A stretch of 64,000 nucleotides of DNA from Torpedo marmorata (lineage: Eukaryota), in assembly GCA_977017645.1 (NCBI GenBank), contig OZ360247.1, forward strand, positions 16,430,001 through 16,494,000, written 5' to 3'. The notes under the pieces were generated by a model. That model made no database searches. It had not been told where the DNA came from and saw nothing but the letters and a program-made list of their open reading frames with translations. Positions 37,260 through 50,361 of the stretch are shown one piece after another (the first letter of the stretch is position 1; every line of letters begins with the position of its first letter). The position numbers and the translations under genes were made by a program.

Positions 37260-37975
37260 AATGTTGAAAACATCTATAGCCAACTAGATACTTTTGAACT
37301 GTAGAAAATTGGGTCACAGAATCTATGAATATCAACTTCCTCCCCCCAAATTTAAATGACTGGATAATGTGTTTAAGGTGTTAGCTAGATCAATGGTGAG
37401 GACTTCTTCAGAAAGTACCATGGAAACTTTTCAGTTGGTTAGATAAAATCTCAGTGTACAAATATATCCAAATAGTACCCCTAGCAGCACTTGTTTAGGG
37501 CAATATAAAAATATCAGCATTTATCATAGATTTCAGACTGTTTTGCATTTAAAAATCATGATTTCAGACCAAATTTTTGTATATATCAGAAAGCGAGAAA
37601 ATACACGATTTTTCTGCGGTTTGAAGTATAGTTCAAGAGATCTATGGAGCTTATTTTGTGATTGCACTACTAATACTGTAACAGGGTTATCGATTCTAAA
37701 ACATTAGGTTCAGTGAAAGAATGTCTTTAAGGAATGTAGCGGGCATACATTATGTTAACAAATGTATTAATCTTCGTTCACTTATGTGGCATTTTATGTT
37801 CATACTATCTTTTGGGCAAAGTTTGATTTGTCTTAAATCCGACACTGAGACTAGACCTTTCCTTACAACAGATGCACATATTTTACAGAATGTGACAATG
37901 ACAGATCTCAGGATTGTGGGGGGGGGGGGAGGAGATAGGGTTAATCCACAATTTTCTGACCCAGAGTTGAGAGTT
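37260..37975 (-). mobile_element. Old Deu-SINE (SacSINE1/AmnSINE1-like) relic interrupted by the hoxb1-derived segment
   Basis: CTTCTTCAGAAAGTACCATGGAAACTTTT...GCAGCAC...ATCAGC to the left and ATCCACAATTTTCTGACCCAGAG to the right resemble consecutive parts of the reverse Deu-SINE consensus (from recall). Confidence 0.5.
37525..37900 (+). repeat. Copy of the hoxb1 3' segment 18994-19370
   Basis: Direct ~95% identical match; also seen as the paired ORFs 19191 and 37721. Confidence 0.92.
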
Positions 37976-38814
37976 CCATGCAGTAAGGCAAGACATTGTT
38001 TACAAAAGATATCAGGGATCTTGCTCTGCATAAATTAATTGTCGTCCTTCCAACAATATAAAAGTGATTACAATTCAAAATAACTGCAATGGCTATGAGG
38101 TACCTGGGACGTTCTGAGACTGTGAAAGACGTGATAGATTTCTCATCCTTTTCAAGGAACACATAAATTTTTCAGCTTTGCAGTTGCACTGACTGGAGCT
38201 GTGTGGAACTGTCTAAACTTCACTGTAGGGTGTTCTTCTTTGTCTCATTGCAGTTAAGCAGAACTGACTGTGCGAAGCTGGGTCGCCATTGGCTAATGTT
38301 GCAAAAACAAATACTGGCATTAAACCACCCTGTGCATATTCAAGACAACAAATGACTGACATAAATCTCTGATATGACTTTTAAACCAGTAATAACAGTG
38401 ACAGCTCTGGACATAACACTTACAGAGATTTAAGGAAACTATAATTAAATCATCTAAATGTGACGCTCATTATGAATATACTTGTAATTGTGTGATTCTT
38501 ATCACTAACGCTGTGATCTAATACCCTGTCAATGTAATTATACTGCAGAACCCAGGTCCTCAGTGCTGGAGGAGAAATTTCCAACAAAACAGAGAATACA
38601 TATGTTATAGAAAATGAGATTGCCAGTCACTTTATTCAGGTACAAATTGATCTATTAATATGTGAACAAATATCTTAAAAATATCAAGATTATAAATGTA
38701 TATTTGTATCAAATATATATTTTTTCCACTTTTTATGACTGGTATAGAATAGGTATTATGTTTTAACGATTTATTTATTGACAATAGTCTTACTTCATTT
38801 GAACAATTGGCAAG

Positions 38815-39900
38815 CAAATTTGCTTTACCCAAAAGTCATTTTTTTAGGTATTTGCAGATTAGAAACTTTCTCCACTCTCAATTATCTGAGTTTCCCAATG
38901 CTCCTGACCCAAATATTATGATGCAATTTTTAATTTACAACCTTCACAGAAAGGTTTAATATCTACTATTTATGAAATGTTGTTGAAATTGCATCAAGCT
39001 CCTTTAGATAAAATTAAAAAAGCATGGGAACAGGACTTACATTTTTCAATATCTGAAGAGTTGGGATTTGATCTTTAAATTGGTTAATACCTCATCATTA
39101 TGTGCTCATCATTCTCTCTTACAATTTAAAGAAGTCCATAGAGATCACATGTCCAAGGATAAACTTTCTCGTATCTACCCGAATATGAGTCCTCATTGTG
39201 ACAGATTTAACAATAGGGATGCTACATTAATCCATATGTTTTGGACTTGTTCGAGCCTTAGAAGATACTGGACAGAGGTTTTTCAGACTTTATCAATAAT
39301 CCTTGATTTAAATTTAGAGCCTAATCCTTTAGTTGCTCTTTTCGGCACTACTGGAGAGAACGGTGTGACTTTAATGCCAAATAAACGTCAAATAATATCT
39401 TTTACTTCCCTTATGGCAAGACGTGCAATACTACTTAGGTGGAAGGATGCTGCTCTGCCCACTCATGCTCAATGGTTATGTGAAGTTATGTCTTGCCTTA
39501 ATCTAGAGAAAATCCGATGCTCTGTAACTGATATGAATATGAATTTTCAAAATATGTGGGGACCATTTGTGAACTATTTTCAGAACTTCTAGAACAATAA
39601 CAATTTCGATGATAATTTTATGTTCTTTTTTCGCTCTTTCTTTTTCTGAAACAGAATACTAATTTTTTTACCATACAACTCCAGTCTAGGTAGTGGGGAT
39701 AGATATTATATATTATAATAAAATATTTCATATCATTCTTTAATTTAGTGTTTAGAAGTGATTTGTGATAGGGGTACTGATTAGAATAGCTTTGTATAAA
39801 GTGTTGTGTTACTTTCTGTACTTATTATGTATTCCATATACACTATGTGTTTATATGTTTTATTATTATAAAATCAATAAAAAGATTGAAAAAGAAAGAA
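38815..39900 (+). mobile_element. L1-clade LINE, 5'-truncated (ORF2 C-terminal cysteine-rich domain, 3'UTR and A-rich tail)
   Basis: HCDRF...TLIHMFWTC...LEKIR...WGPF; AATAAAAAGATTGAAAAAGAAAGAA tail. Confidence 0.85.
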
Positions 39901-42560
39901 ATATATCTTTATTCCTGTACTCAAAGCCAATATACCATTTTCCTTCTTAATTGCTTGTGTCACCTGCATGGTAATGTTCAGTATTCTGTCTGTAAGGAGA
40001 CTTAACTTTTCCCAATATGTTTCTATTTTAGTGTTTTGTGAAATGGATGATGTTACTTTTTTCTCCGTAATATTGCATCTGTCATTCACACCCATTCACT
40101 TAACATGCCTCTATCCCCTTGAAGCCTCTTTATATCCTCCTCCCTCCTCACAAACTCCCCTGGTTTTGGAACATCAACAAACTTAGTGACATCTGGATCC
40201 CATAGTTAAATGAGATTATGAATAGCTGTGGTCCAGAGACCATCACTGCATTAGCCCACTTGTCACAACCTGCCCACCTGAGAAAAAGCGGCATATTCCC
40301 ATTCTTCACTTTCCAACTGTTAACCAATCGTTAATCCATGCTTGTATAGTACTCCCAATTCCTTATTGAACAAATTATTATGGGGGACCTCATGGAAAGC
40401 CTTCTGCCCTGAACAGGTTAGAACAGGTGGAGAGGGGTTAAGACCACATTGGGACTGGAAAATAGTGATGGTGATTTTAAAGTCAAAGCATTGCTATATT
40501 CAGAGTTAATGTAGTTCATTGACCAGAAAGGGGTAGGACTTGGTGTAAGTCAGGATACCAGCAATAGAGTTTTAGATGAGCTGAGCATATAGAAGGTGCA
40601 GGTTCTGAACATTCTTCCAATGTTCCAGTCAAACCTCACCCCCCACCCCCCCCCCCTCAACTATCACCACCTGAAACATGTTAGCTGAGCATTTAGCTTG
40701 GTGTGTTTCTGGACCCCTGTTAATGGGCAAATTGACTGTCGTGTTTGCATTTGCAGCAAGAATGACTGCATTTCAAAACGTATTAATTGCTTGTGTTAGC
40801 ACTTTAAGAATGATTAAGTGCTATGCAAATTCAAGATATTTCTCAAGCCAGTAAATCCCAACAAATGAGTTGATGTCTGGCATGCATGTACCATAGGCAA
40901 TTATCTATTTCTCTCCCTTACATAATCAATTGTTTGAAATTCTGATTCTAATGAACGGAATTCACACTAATCAACCAGCACTGGTTATGGTTAACATTTT
41001 CGTTGAACTGCTGCATGCACTAGACAGGGATCAGATTGCAAGCCTGACAACATGTGCTAGCATTTTCCTTTAGGGAGATAAATGGCAAACATTAGAATCA
41101 GGCTATTGCATCTCAACTCTAATCTCCATGCTGTATAGTCTGAAAACTAGCATCTGGATGTCAGTGTCTTTTTTCCATTGTAACTTTTTTTTAAAGCTGG
41201 CTTTGTTCACTCTGCTCCTAAACATGACTTCAATTTCCACAGCACAATTGACAACACACTAAAGCACTTTTCAAGAAATTAGGTACTTGTAAACTGTTGC
41301 CAATGCAGAGAATGTGGGAAACATGGGAGGCAATTTGGGTACAACAAAATTTCTCAAATAACAGTGGGATAATCATCAGGTAATCTGCTGACCGAGGGAA
41401 TCAATAAAAGCAAAACACATGAGAAATAGCAGCAGGAACAGAGCATGTTGGTTCTCTACCCTGCACCATCACTCAGCACGTAATGGCTGATTTTGTCTTT
41501 AGCCTCAAATTTATTTTCCTAGTCAATCTCTGCAACCATCTCCGAGGAGTAATGCCTCCTCAAGCTCATCTTAGCCTAAGACTTTACCCCAATTTTAACC
41601 TCCCACCCTGTTAATTTCGCTCAAACCTTTTATGATTCAATGAAGTCACCTCTCATTCTTCTAAATTTCATATTTTTCTCAAAAATAAACTTTAGTCACA
41701 ATAAATTGTTCTTCTGGTTCACCCTGAGATTCTTGTATGACAGCTCCAAGATCTTTTTTAACATCAATATTTGCAAATTTCACTGCATGAGGATGGTATT
41801 CTGTTTTCTGCTCTTTCCATCACTGTTGCTAATGTTACATTTGTTCCCATTATACACCCCTTGCCATTTTTTAACTCATCATTTTAGCCTATCTGTGTCC
41901 CTGTCCAAGTACTTTGTGTTCTCCTCACAATTCACTTTCCCATCTTACTTTATATTGTCAGCAAACATAAATATATTACACTCTAACTTCATCTAAGTCA
42001 CTAATATTGACTATAAATTTAAACTTCAGGTTTGATCCCTGAGGCATCCCACTGGTAACAGCTTACCAACTTGAAAATGACTTATTTACCCCATAGTCTC
42101 TTTTTCCCTCTGTAACTCCATCCTCTATCCATAGTAACATGTTATCCTCAACCCCATGAGCACTTAGTGTGTGTCTTTCATTCAGCAGTGTATTGAATGC
42201 TTTCTTAAAATACATGTACACTCATTTGTTGGCTTTTCTTTGTGCATTCTGCTACTTACCGTATATCCTGAAAGAACTCCAATAAATTTGATAAACATGA
42301 TTTCCCTTTCATAAAATCATGTTGACACTGTCTAATTATGTTTCATGTTTTGAAGTGATCTGATCATTTCAATACTGATAGATTCTGCAAATGTTGTGAG
42401 GATGACTGCTTTGCCAATCTCTGTATTCATTCCCATTTCAGTTAAATTGTTTACTTTTTCTAATCTACAGAAATCTCTGAATATACAGAATTTTGGAAGA
42501 TGACAAACAATGCATCCACAATCTCAACAATTCCCTTATTTGGAATGGTAGGATGCAGAC
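39900..42560. mobile_element. Highly decayed CR1/L2 LINE and Deu-SINE remnants
   Basis: Motifs such as TTGTCAGCAAAC, GATCCCTGAGGCATCCCACT and TTGAATGCTTTC (reverse-strand RT FADD/PQG/DF.KAF relics); Deu-SINE tail-like segments at ~40730-40830 and ~41240-41400. Confidence 0.5.
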
Positions 42561-42569
42561 CATAAGGAG

Positions 42570-43613
42570 TGAAACATGAAAGTCTGCAGACGTGATTGTA
42601 GTAAAAACACAGAAATGCTGGAGGAACTCAGCCAGTCTCGCAGTGTCCATAGGAGGTAAAGATATATAACTGACATTTTGGGCCTGAGCCCTTCTTCGTG
42701 GTATGAGTAAAAAGCAGGCGGGCACCTGAATTAAAAGGCTGGGGAGAAGGGAAGAATGGGCAGGGGGAGGAGTGCAGACCAACAGACAAAAGGTGTTAAT
42801 TGGAAATGGATAGGACACAGGAGAGAGGAAAGATGAAAATTGACTGGGGGGGGTTGTTGTTTTTGGTTTTGTGGAAACAGAGCTGGGGGAAAGGAGACAG
42901 AGGGAAAAGCAAAGAAAGAGAGACAGCTAGACAAAAAAAGACGGAAAGATGGCAGGGGTCTTAAAGTACAAGGGATCTGTCAATCTCATTAATTTGCTGG
43001 TACGATTTCTCAAATTCTTGGTCTGCTTTCAGCTTCTGCTACAATGAAGACAGATGCAAAGTATTTGTTTGCAAAATGAACTACAGGAGGAACTCAGCAA
43101 ATCAGGTAGCATCGATTGGAGGGCAATGGACAATTGATATCCCAATGACAGTTGAGATCCTTCATTCAGACTGAAAATGTAGAGGGGAGAAGGTCAGTAT
43201 AAAGACTATACATATTTTGGCAGACAGAAATGGGTGGGAGAGGGAAGAGGAAGAGTAGAGACAGAGTTTGATAGGTGATTGATAGAACCAGGTCAGGGAT
43301 GATGGGAAGATTGGAAACAGGTTGGGGATGGGATAGGAAAGGTGAATCAAGGGAGAAGAATAGTTATGGAGTTGATGCGCTGTGGGTAACATTTGGGTAA
43401 TGGGTTGGGCAGGGGGAGGAATGGAAAGGTGAACAAAGGGAGACAGAAATTAGGTAGGCTGGTGAGAATGGGAAAGGAACACAGGGGTCTTGGTTATCTG
43501 AAAACTGAAAAATTCAAGGTACATAATATTGGGTTGGAGTTTACTTAGGTGTAATATCAGGTGTTATTCTTCTAGTTTGCAGAGGAGAAGGCTGAGAACA
43601 GAGAAGTCAGTAA
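42570..43613 (-). mobile_element. Penelope-like pLTR/3' relics (two nested or adjacent copies)
   Basis: GTCTGCAGACGTGATTGTAGTAAAAACACAGAAATGCTGGAGGAACTCAGC and GGAGGAACTCAGCAAATCAGGTAGCATC motifs followed by purine-rich tracts. Confidence 0.7.
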
Positions 43614-43621
43614 TATGCAAC

Positions 43622-44058
43622 CAGGGGCGTATCTAGGTTATGGCAGGTATACCACATGCCCGGGGCGCCACTTGAAGGGGGGTCGCCACTTGAAGGGGGA
43701 AACGACTTGAAGGGGGGCGCGACTTGAAGGGGGGGCACAACTTGAAAGGGGGACGCGACTTGAAAGGGAGGGCGCGACTTGAAGGGGGGGCGCGACTTGA
43801 AGGGGGGAAGCGACTTGAAGGAGCGGCGGTGGCGGCCCCCCCCGCTGAGTGCCGTCGCCACCACCCTGGACATTCAAGGAACGCATGCTCGGTACACTCG
43901 TCCTCCTTCCTCCTCCTAGCATTCGCTCTCAATTATACAATGCCAAATACAACATGGCGGCCACCAAGGCCAGCTCTCACGAGACCTCCTTGTCGCCGTT
44001 TATTTGGACGCATTGGCCACCCCTGCCATAGGCGCTATTTTGCGTAGATACGCCCCTG
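43622..44058. mobile_element. Non-autonomous hAT DNA transposon (MITE), 437 bp
   Basis: Perfect 14-bp TIRs CAGGGGCGTATCTA / TAGATACGCCCCTG and an 8-bp TSD TATGCAAC (43614-43621, 44059-44066). Confidence 0.92.
43662..43822. repeat. ~18-19-bp G-rich minisatellite (GCGACTTGAAGGGGGG) x ~9 inside the hAT MITE
   Basis: ACTTGAA core repeated about nine times. Confidence 0.9.
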
Positions 44059-44229
44059 TATGCAACTGGAGGGTCAAGATATCCATTGCAGACAGAGAGC
44101 AGGTGCTCTGTGTTATCCAGAGGAGCATCCAACAGGTCGGACATGAAACTGCTCCAAACAAAGGATAATCCATGTGCTTGCTCCTGGAGAGTCATCTGAC
44201 CAGGCAAGTCGGAAGTTACCTCATCTGCC

Positions 44230-44610
44230 AATCAAAGCTTAGCCCGTTCACGTGAGAACACACACCTTGCTATTGGCTCATTTAATAGCACACACCTTCC
44301 CATTGGCCCCCCTAATCATCATGCCTATTTTGGGCACACCTGAGCCGGCCCCTCCAGCTGGCTGCTGTATAAAGTCCAACACTTCCTCTTTTCCCTGAGG
44401 ATCCAACCCTAGCTCCACTCCAGGTGGCGAGTCATGGGCGACGCTGGAGAGACCATTACCATTGTTAGGTGCGCACCGTTAAAGGGTGGGGAGCTATAGT
44501 TGGTGCATGCCCGTGAGATTGTTGCAATTTATTCTTATCTACTGTAGTGCCGCGCCTGCTGGTTATCTAGGGATGGTGGGTACTGTTTTATACTGTCTTT
44601 CTATACGGAT
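44230..44610 (+). mobile_element. Possible LTR relic (duplicated CACACACCTT-ATTGG boxes, TATAAA)
   Basis: Two inverted CCAAT boxes in a short tandem duplication and GTATAAAG at ~44367; ends not defined. Confidence 0.35.
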
Positions 44611-45055
44611 TGTAGCGTATATTATGTGTACGCCTACAGGCGTATGATGTCATCACGTCGACGTGATGACGTTCTGACTGATATATACTGTGTGTGGCGG
44701 GAGAACCATTTTCAGATTTGTATTAAACGACTAACGAAGCATCATGCCTTTGTCTGCTGTGTATTTCTTAACATAGAATACATGATCGATTGGCGAGGAG
44801 GATTCAAACGGACCTCCTCTGTGCTCCAAATATTGGAGTGAAGATTTAAAAAGGAAACGCTGGTGGTCCCCACAAGCTCAAGAACAAAGAAGAAGAGAAA
44901 TACTCAGAATGGCTGAAGCACCGTTTGGAAAGTTCGTGGACTCCGAAGAAAACTGCTGTAAGAGCCGTAGGCTCAATAACTTACCTTTGCCGCGGCGCTC
45001 CGATGCCTCGTCGGGTTGTGGAGAGCTCGCGACGTTCGTAGGCCGTCCTCGGCCT
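44611..45055 (+). mobile_element. Gypsy-type LTR (TGTA...TACA, ~44611-44782), PBS-like TGGCGAGGAGG and start of gag, truncated by L1
   Basis: Inverted terminal tetranucleotides, TATATA, ATTAAA, TGGCGA at 44791, ATG at 44909. Confidence 0.5.
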
Positions 45056-45056
45056 G

Positions 45057-47720
45057 TTTGTAACTATAATCCCCTTGTGTTAATGCCATAATTTCACTTT
45101 TATCAGAATTAATCTTATAACCATATATTTCCCCATATTCTCTCAATGAAACAGTCAATTGTATTAAAGAAGTAATAGGTTTTGTCATATAAATCAATAC
45201 ATCATCTGCAAATAAACTAATTTTATGCTCTTCTCTTCCAACTTTAATACCTGCAATCTTAATATCTTGTCTAATTAATTCTGCCAAACGTTCTATTGCT
45301 AAAATAAACAATGCTGACGACAAAGGACATCCTTGTCTAGTTGACGTAGTCAAAAAAATTTTTGAAGAAATTTGTCCATTTGTCACCACTTTAGCAGATG
45401 GTTCTTTATATATCAGAATCAGAATCAGAATCAGAATTTATTGTCATGAACAAGTCATGAAATTCGGTGTTTTGCGGCAGCATCATAGTGCAATTAACAT
45501 TCATATTAACTATCTAACGACATTACTATAAAAAATTATAAACAATAGTGCATGAAAAGTAAGGCAGTGTCTTTGGTTCATTGATTATTCAGGAATCTGA
45601 TGGCAGCGGGGAAGAAGTTGTCCTTGTGCCGTTGAGTGCTCGTCTTTAGGCTCCTGTACCTTTTTCCCGATGGTAGCAGAGTGAAGAGGGCATGGCCTGG
45701 GTGGTGGGGGTCCTTGAGGATAATCCAATTAATAAATGTAGTTCCAAAACCAAATTTCCCCAATACCTTAAATAAATAATTCCACTCTAATCTATCAAAA
45801 GCCTTTTCAGCATCTAATGTTAATACTAATGCTAAATCATCTTTCTTTTTATCCACATTAATTAAACAAATTAATCTAGCTATGTTATCCTTTGAATATC
45901 TATTCTTAATAAAACCGGCTTGATCTACATGGATTAAATCTGGTAAATAATTAGCCACTCTATTTGCTAAAATTTTTGCCATTATCTTATAATCCACATT
46001 TAACAATGAAATAGGTCTATATGATTCTGTTTTCAACACATCTCTATCTTTTTTAGGTATAACTGTAATTATTGCATTTGAAAATGTTTCCGGTAACGAA
46101 TGAGTTTCCGTTATTTGTTTCAACACAACCATATATGGAGGTATCAATAAATATTTAAACTCCTTATAAAATTCTGATGGGAAGCCATCTTCCCCTGGAG
46201 ATTTATCACTCGTTAAAGAACTAAGAACATCATTAACTTCCTTCATTGAGAAAGACGAGTCTAAAAATTCTTTACTTTGAATATTTAATCCAGGTAACTT
46301 AATTTTAGATAGAAATTCATTAATTTTAGAATCATCTTCATCAATCTGAGATTTATATAAATTCAAATAATAATCCTTAAAAGAATCATTTATTTCTCGA
46401 GGTTTATATGTTATTTTCTTAGTATTCTTTTTTATAGCATTTATAGTTCTAGAGGTATGATCTTTCTTTAGTTGCCACGCCAACATTTTATGTGCTCTTT
46501 CTCCCAATTCATAATATCTTTGCTTAGTTCTTTCAATTAATTTTTCCATTTTATATGTTTGTAACAACTTATAATGCAATTTTTTCCCAACTAAGTTTTT
46601 CCTCTTTTCTTCTTATCTCTTTTTTTGCAAGTCCTTCTCCAAAGATTCAATCTCCCTCTCCAAATTATCTACCTCCTGAACATAGTCCTTCTTAATTTTT
46701 GCTGAATAACTTATTATTTGGCCTCTTAAATAAGCCTTTAAAGCTTCCCAAATAATAAATTTATTATCAATCGAATTAGAATTTATTTGTAAAAATTCTT
46801 GAATTTCTCTTCTTATATAATCACAAAAATCCATTCTTTTTAATAAAGAAGAATTAAATCTGCACCTATATATAGTTTTTTTCTTTTTCTGGAATTATAC
46901 AAGACATTAATAGAGGCGAATGATCAGAAATTATTCTTGCTTTATAAGATGCTTGTGTTACCCTATTTTGGACTTGTGAGGACAATAAAAACAAATCTAT
47001 CCTTGAATATGAATCATGTCTGAAAGAATAAAAAGAATAATCATTTTCTCTAGGGTTCAATTTTCTCCAAATATCTATTAAATTTAAATCTTTCATCAAA
47101 CTAAGAACTCTTTCAGCAATTTTAGATTTAACAACTGATCTTGATGTTTTATCCATTATCGGATCTAAACAACAATTAAAATCCCCACCAATTAAAATGT
47201 TATCATTAGCTTCTGACAAATGCATAAAAGAATCTTGAATAAATTGTTCATCTTCCACATTTGGTACATATATATTCATAAGTGTCCACAATTCTGAATA
47301 TATCTGACAATGTATTAAAACATATCTACCTACCACATCTATAACCACAGATTGTATTTTAAAAGTCAACTTTTTATTAACTAATATAGCCACTCCTCTT
47401 GCTTTAGAATTAAATGAAGAAGCAACCACTTGGTCAACCCATTCTCTCTTCAACTTCTGATGTTCTAAATCTGTCAAATGCGTCTCTTGTAAAAAAGCTA
47501 TATCTACATTTAACTTTTTAATATACGCTAAAGTTCTCTTTCTTTTAATCAGGTTATTTAGCAGATTTATATTAATACTTACTACATTTATTGTTTTACT
47601 ATCCATCATTACTAAATCTTAATAAGTCTCTCTCCATCAGATCCACCAGCACTCTCCTCCACATTCGTAATCTATTTGACATCTCCTTAAAAAGAAAAAG
47701 AAAGAAAAAGAAAGTAGAAA
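45057..47720 (-). mobile_element. L1-clade LINE (AT-rich lineage A), ORF2 endonuclease and RT, disrupted
   Basis: APE motifs FLQETH, GGDFN, YSRID, SDH; RT motifs SPGEDG, YRPISLLNVDYKI, LDAEKAFD, RQGCPLS, FADD. Confidence 0.93.
45413..45720 (-). mobile_element. Rex1/Babar LINE 3' end inserted into L1 ORF2
   Basis: ILKDPHHPGHALFTLLPSGKRYRSLKT...RFLN and a (CAGAAT)n tail; near identical to 55743-56050. Confidence 0.9.
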
Positions 47721-47722
47721 AG

Positions 47723-49232
47723 ATCTCCAGGGGAAGATGGTTTTCCATCAGAATTTTATAAGGAGTTTAAAGATTTATTGATACCTCCATATATGGATGT
47801 GTTGAAACAAATTACGGAAACTCATTCGTTACCAGATACATTTTCAAATGCAATAATTACAGTTATACCTAAAAAAGATAGAGATGTGTTGAAAACAGAA
47901 TCATATAGACCTATTTCATTGTTAAATGTGGATTATAAGATAATGGCAAAAATTTTATCAAATAGAGTGGCTAATTATCTACCAGATTTAATCCATGTAG
48001 ATCAAGCTGGTTTTATTAAAAATAGATATTCAAAGGATAATATAGCTAGATTAATTAGTTTAATTAATGTGCATAAAAAGAAGGAAGATTTACCATTAGT
48101 ATTAACGTTAGATGCTGAAAAGGCTTTTGATAGATTAGAGTGGAATTTTTTATTTAAGGTATTGGAGAAATTTGGTTTTGGAATTACATTTATTAACTGG
48201 ATTAAAACTATATATAAAGAACCATCTGCTAAAGTGGTTACAAATGGACAAATTTCTTCAAGATTCCCTCTGACTAGGTCAACTAGACAAGGATGTCCTT
48301 TGTCACCAGCATTGTTTACTTTAGCGATAGAACCTTTGGCAGAATTAATTAGACAAGATGTTAAGATTATAGGTATTAAAGTTGGAAGGGAAGAGCATAA
48401 AATTAATTTATTTGCAGATGATGTATTGATATATATGACAAAACCTATTACTTCTTTAATACAATTGACTGCTTTATTGAGAGAATACGGGGAAATATCT
48501 GGGTATAAGATTAATTCTGATAAAAGTGAAATTATGGCATTAATGCAAGGGGATTATAGTAAATGTAAAGAAATTACACAATTTAAATGATCAAAAGAAG
48601 GAATTAAATATTTGGGTATAAAGATTGATACAAAATTAGTTAATTTGTATAAATTAAATTATTTACCATTGTTTATGAAAATTAAGAAAGGTTTAGAAAG
48701 TTGGAAGGATTTACCTATAACTTTAATGGGAAGGGTAAATTGTATTAAAATGAATGTTTTTCCAAGAATTCAATATCTCTTTCAATAAATTCCTTATGAA
48801 ATTCCTCAAAATTTTTAAAAAGATTTAAACTTAATTATTAGGAAGTTTTTGTGTAAAGGAAAGTTGACTAGGGTAGGTATAGAGAAATTAACTTGGAATT
48901 ATGAAATGGGTGGTTTACAACTTCCTAATTTTCAAAATTATTATAAAGCAGCTCAATTAAAATTTGTTAATGAACTTTTTGATTTAACTAAGTCTTCCGC
49001 CTGTATTTGAATAGAATTAAATAATTTAGGAGAAGATTCCAAAGAAGAAGTTATTTATAAATGGAATTCTAAATTAATATCAACAAGAAGGAAGAATTCT
49101 CCTATCTTTTAACATTTGCTAGAAATATGGAATAAAGTGGATAAGGAGGAAAAGGGTTGATTTCTCCAAAAATGCCTCTATATGAAAATGAACTTATTCC
49201 ATTTACTGTTAACAATCAATTATTTAAAATTT
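47723..49232 (+). mobile_element. L1 lineage A ORF2 RT fragment in inverted orientation
   Basis: The 270-aa ORF at 47778 closely matches the minus-strand RT at 45057-46202. Confidence 0.92.
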
Positions 49233-50097
49233 GTAAAAGTTAATTTCTTTGCTGCTCCCAACCTGTAAATGAGTCTTCTACTTTATCAACTCTATCTTTA
49301 TAATCCATCATTTCTTCATAGTGTTCTTTAACCTCTTTTTCAATTTCTTGAACTTTCGCTTTTACTGTATTCACAGTATTTATCTGTCTTCTTATATCTT
49401 GTTTAATATCTTTCATTTCTTCTTCAATTCCATTAAGTCAAAATTCCAAACGATGTTCCATCCTTGAGATAGCTTTAAGTATTTGTTGAGCTACCGATAT
49501 TTCAATCTCTTCTCCATTTGAATCCTCAGCCTCTCCCTCCATTTCTCCCATTTCTTCTTCCATCATTCCTTTCTTCTCTTTCTTCTTATCCTCTGAATCT
49601 GATGAAATTTCAAGTCCCACAACATATTGTGATGGTTGTGGGACGTCTCTTTGCTGTCAGCTTTATCTGACAGCTCCCGTTGTCTATCGCGCATGTGCAC
49701 CGTTTCGCACATGCGCGGTTGCTCCGTTAAAATTTGTAGTTTTGTAGTTTTTCTTTGAGCACCGGCGCCATCTTCCCCAGCTCTCTGGGACAGCAGCGCC
49801 GGCGCTGCAGTCGATCTAGGCGCCCTCGTTCGAGTAGTTCTGGGAGGGAGAGGAACTTGAACCTGAGGCTCCATCAAGCAGGTAGGCCGAACTTCATCTT
49901 GAAATAAACTTTGTTGTAACATTGCTTTCCTTGCCTTTTGTTCTTTCGTTTTTCTTGAGGCAATTGTTAGACTTTTAATAAACACTCTTAGCCTATTTTA
50001 AAACTAAATAAAATATCTTATAAACGGTTTTTGATTAAATCTGTGGGGAGAGGTGTATTTCAACGTCTCCGACCTATGCCATCAAACCACGCCCCGC
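49233..50097 (-). mobile_element. L1 5' UTR and N-terminal/coiled-coil part of ORF1 (probably lineage A)
   Basis: GC-rich 5' end GGGGCGTGGTTTGATGGC; acidic and coiled-coil-like frames (EIEISVAQQILKAISRMEHRLE). Confidence 0.65.
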
Positions 50098-50361
50098 ATA
50101 TGAGCAAATCTTGAATAGCCTTTCCGTAACACAGTTTTCTATGAAACTGCCTAACATTTTATGAACTTGTCATTAGGATTACCTTTGCCAATTTGATCTT
50201 CCCAGATTATATAAAGACCATTGTTCCCATGATCACTCCCTTAACTTTGATGTATTACTTCTCGACTGACAGACTGTCAAACAGCTCAGCAAATGTTAAG
50301 AGACCTGACGACTACCCTTAACCAGTATTTTCTGCCTCTTGGCACCTCCACCTCAACTCAA

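Noticed and set aside
43662-43822. Regularly spaced repeats resembling a CRISPR array
   Set aside because: Tandem units without unique spacers, inside a eukaryotic hAT MITE; no cas genes.
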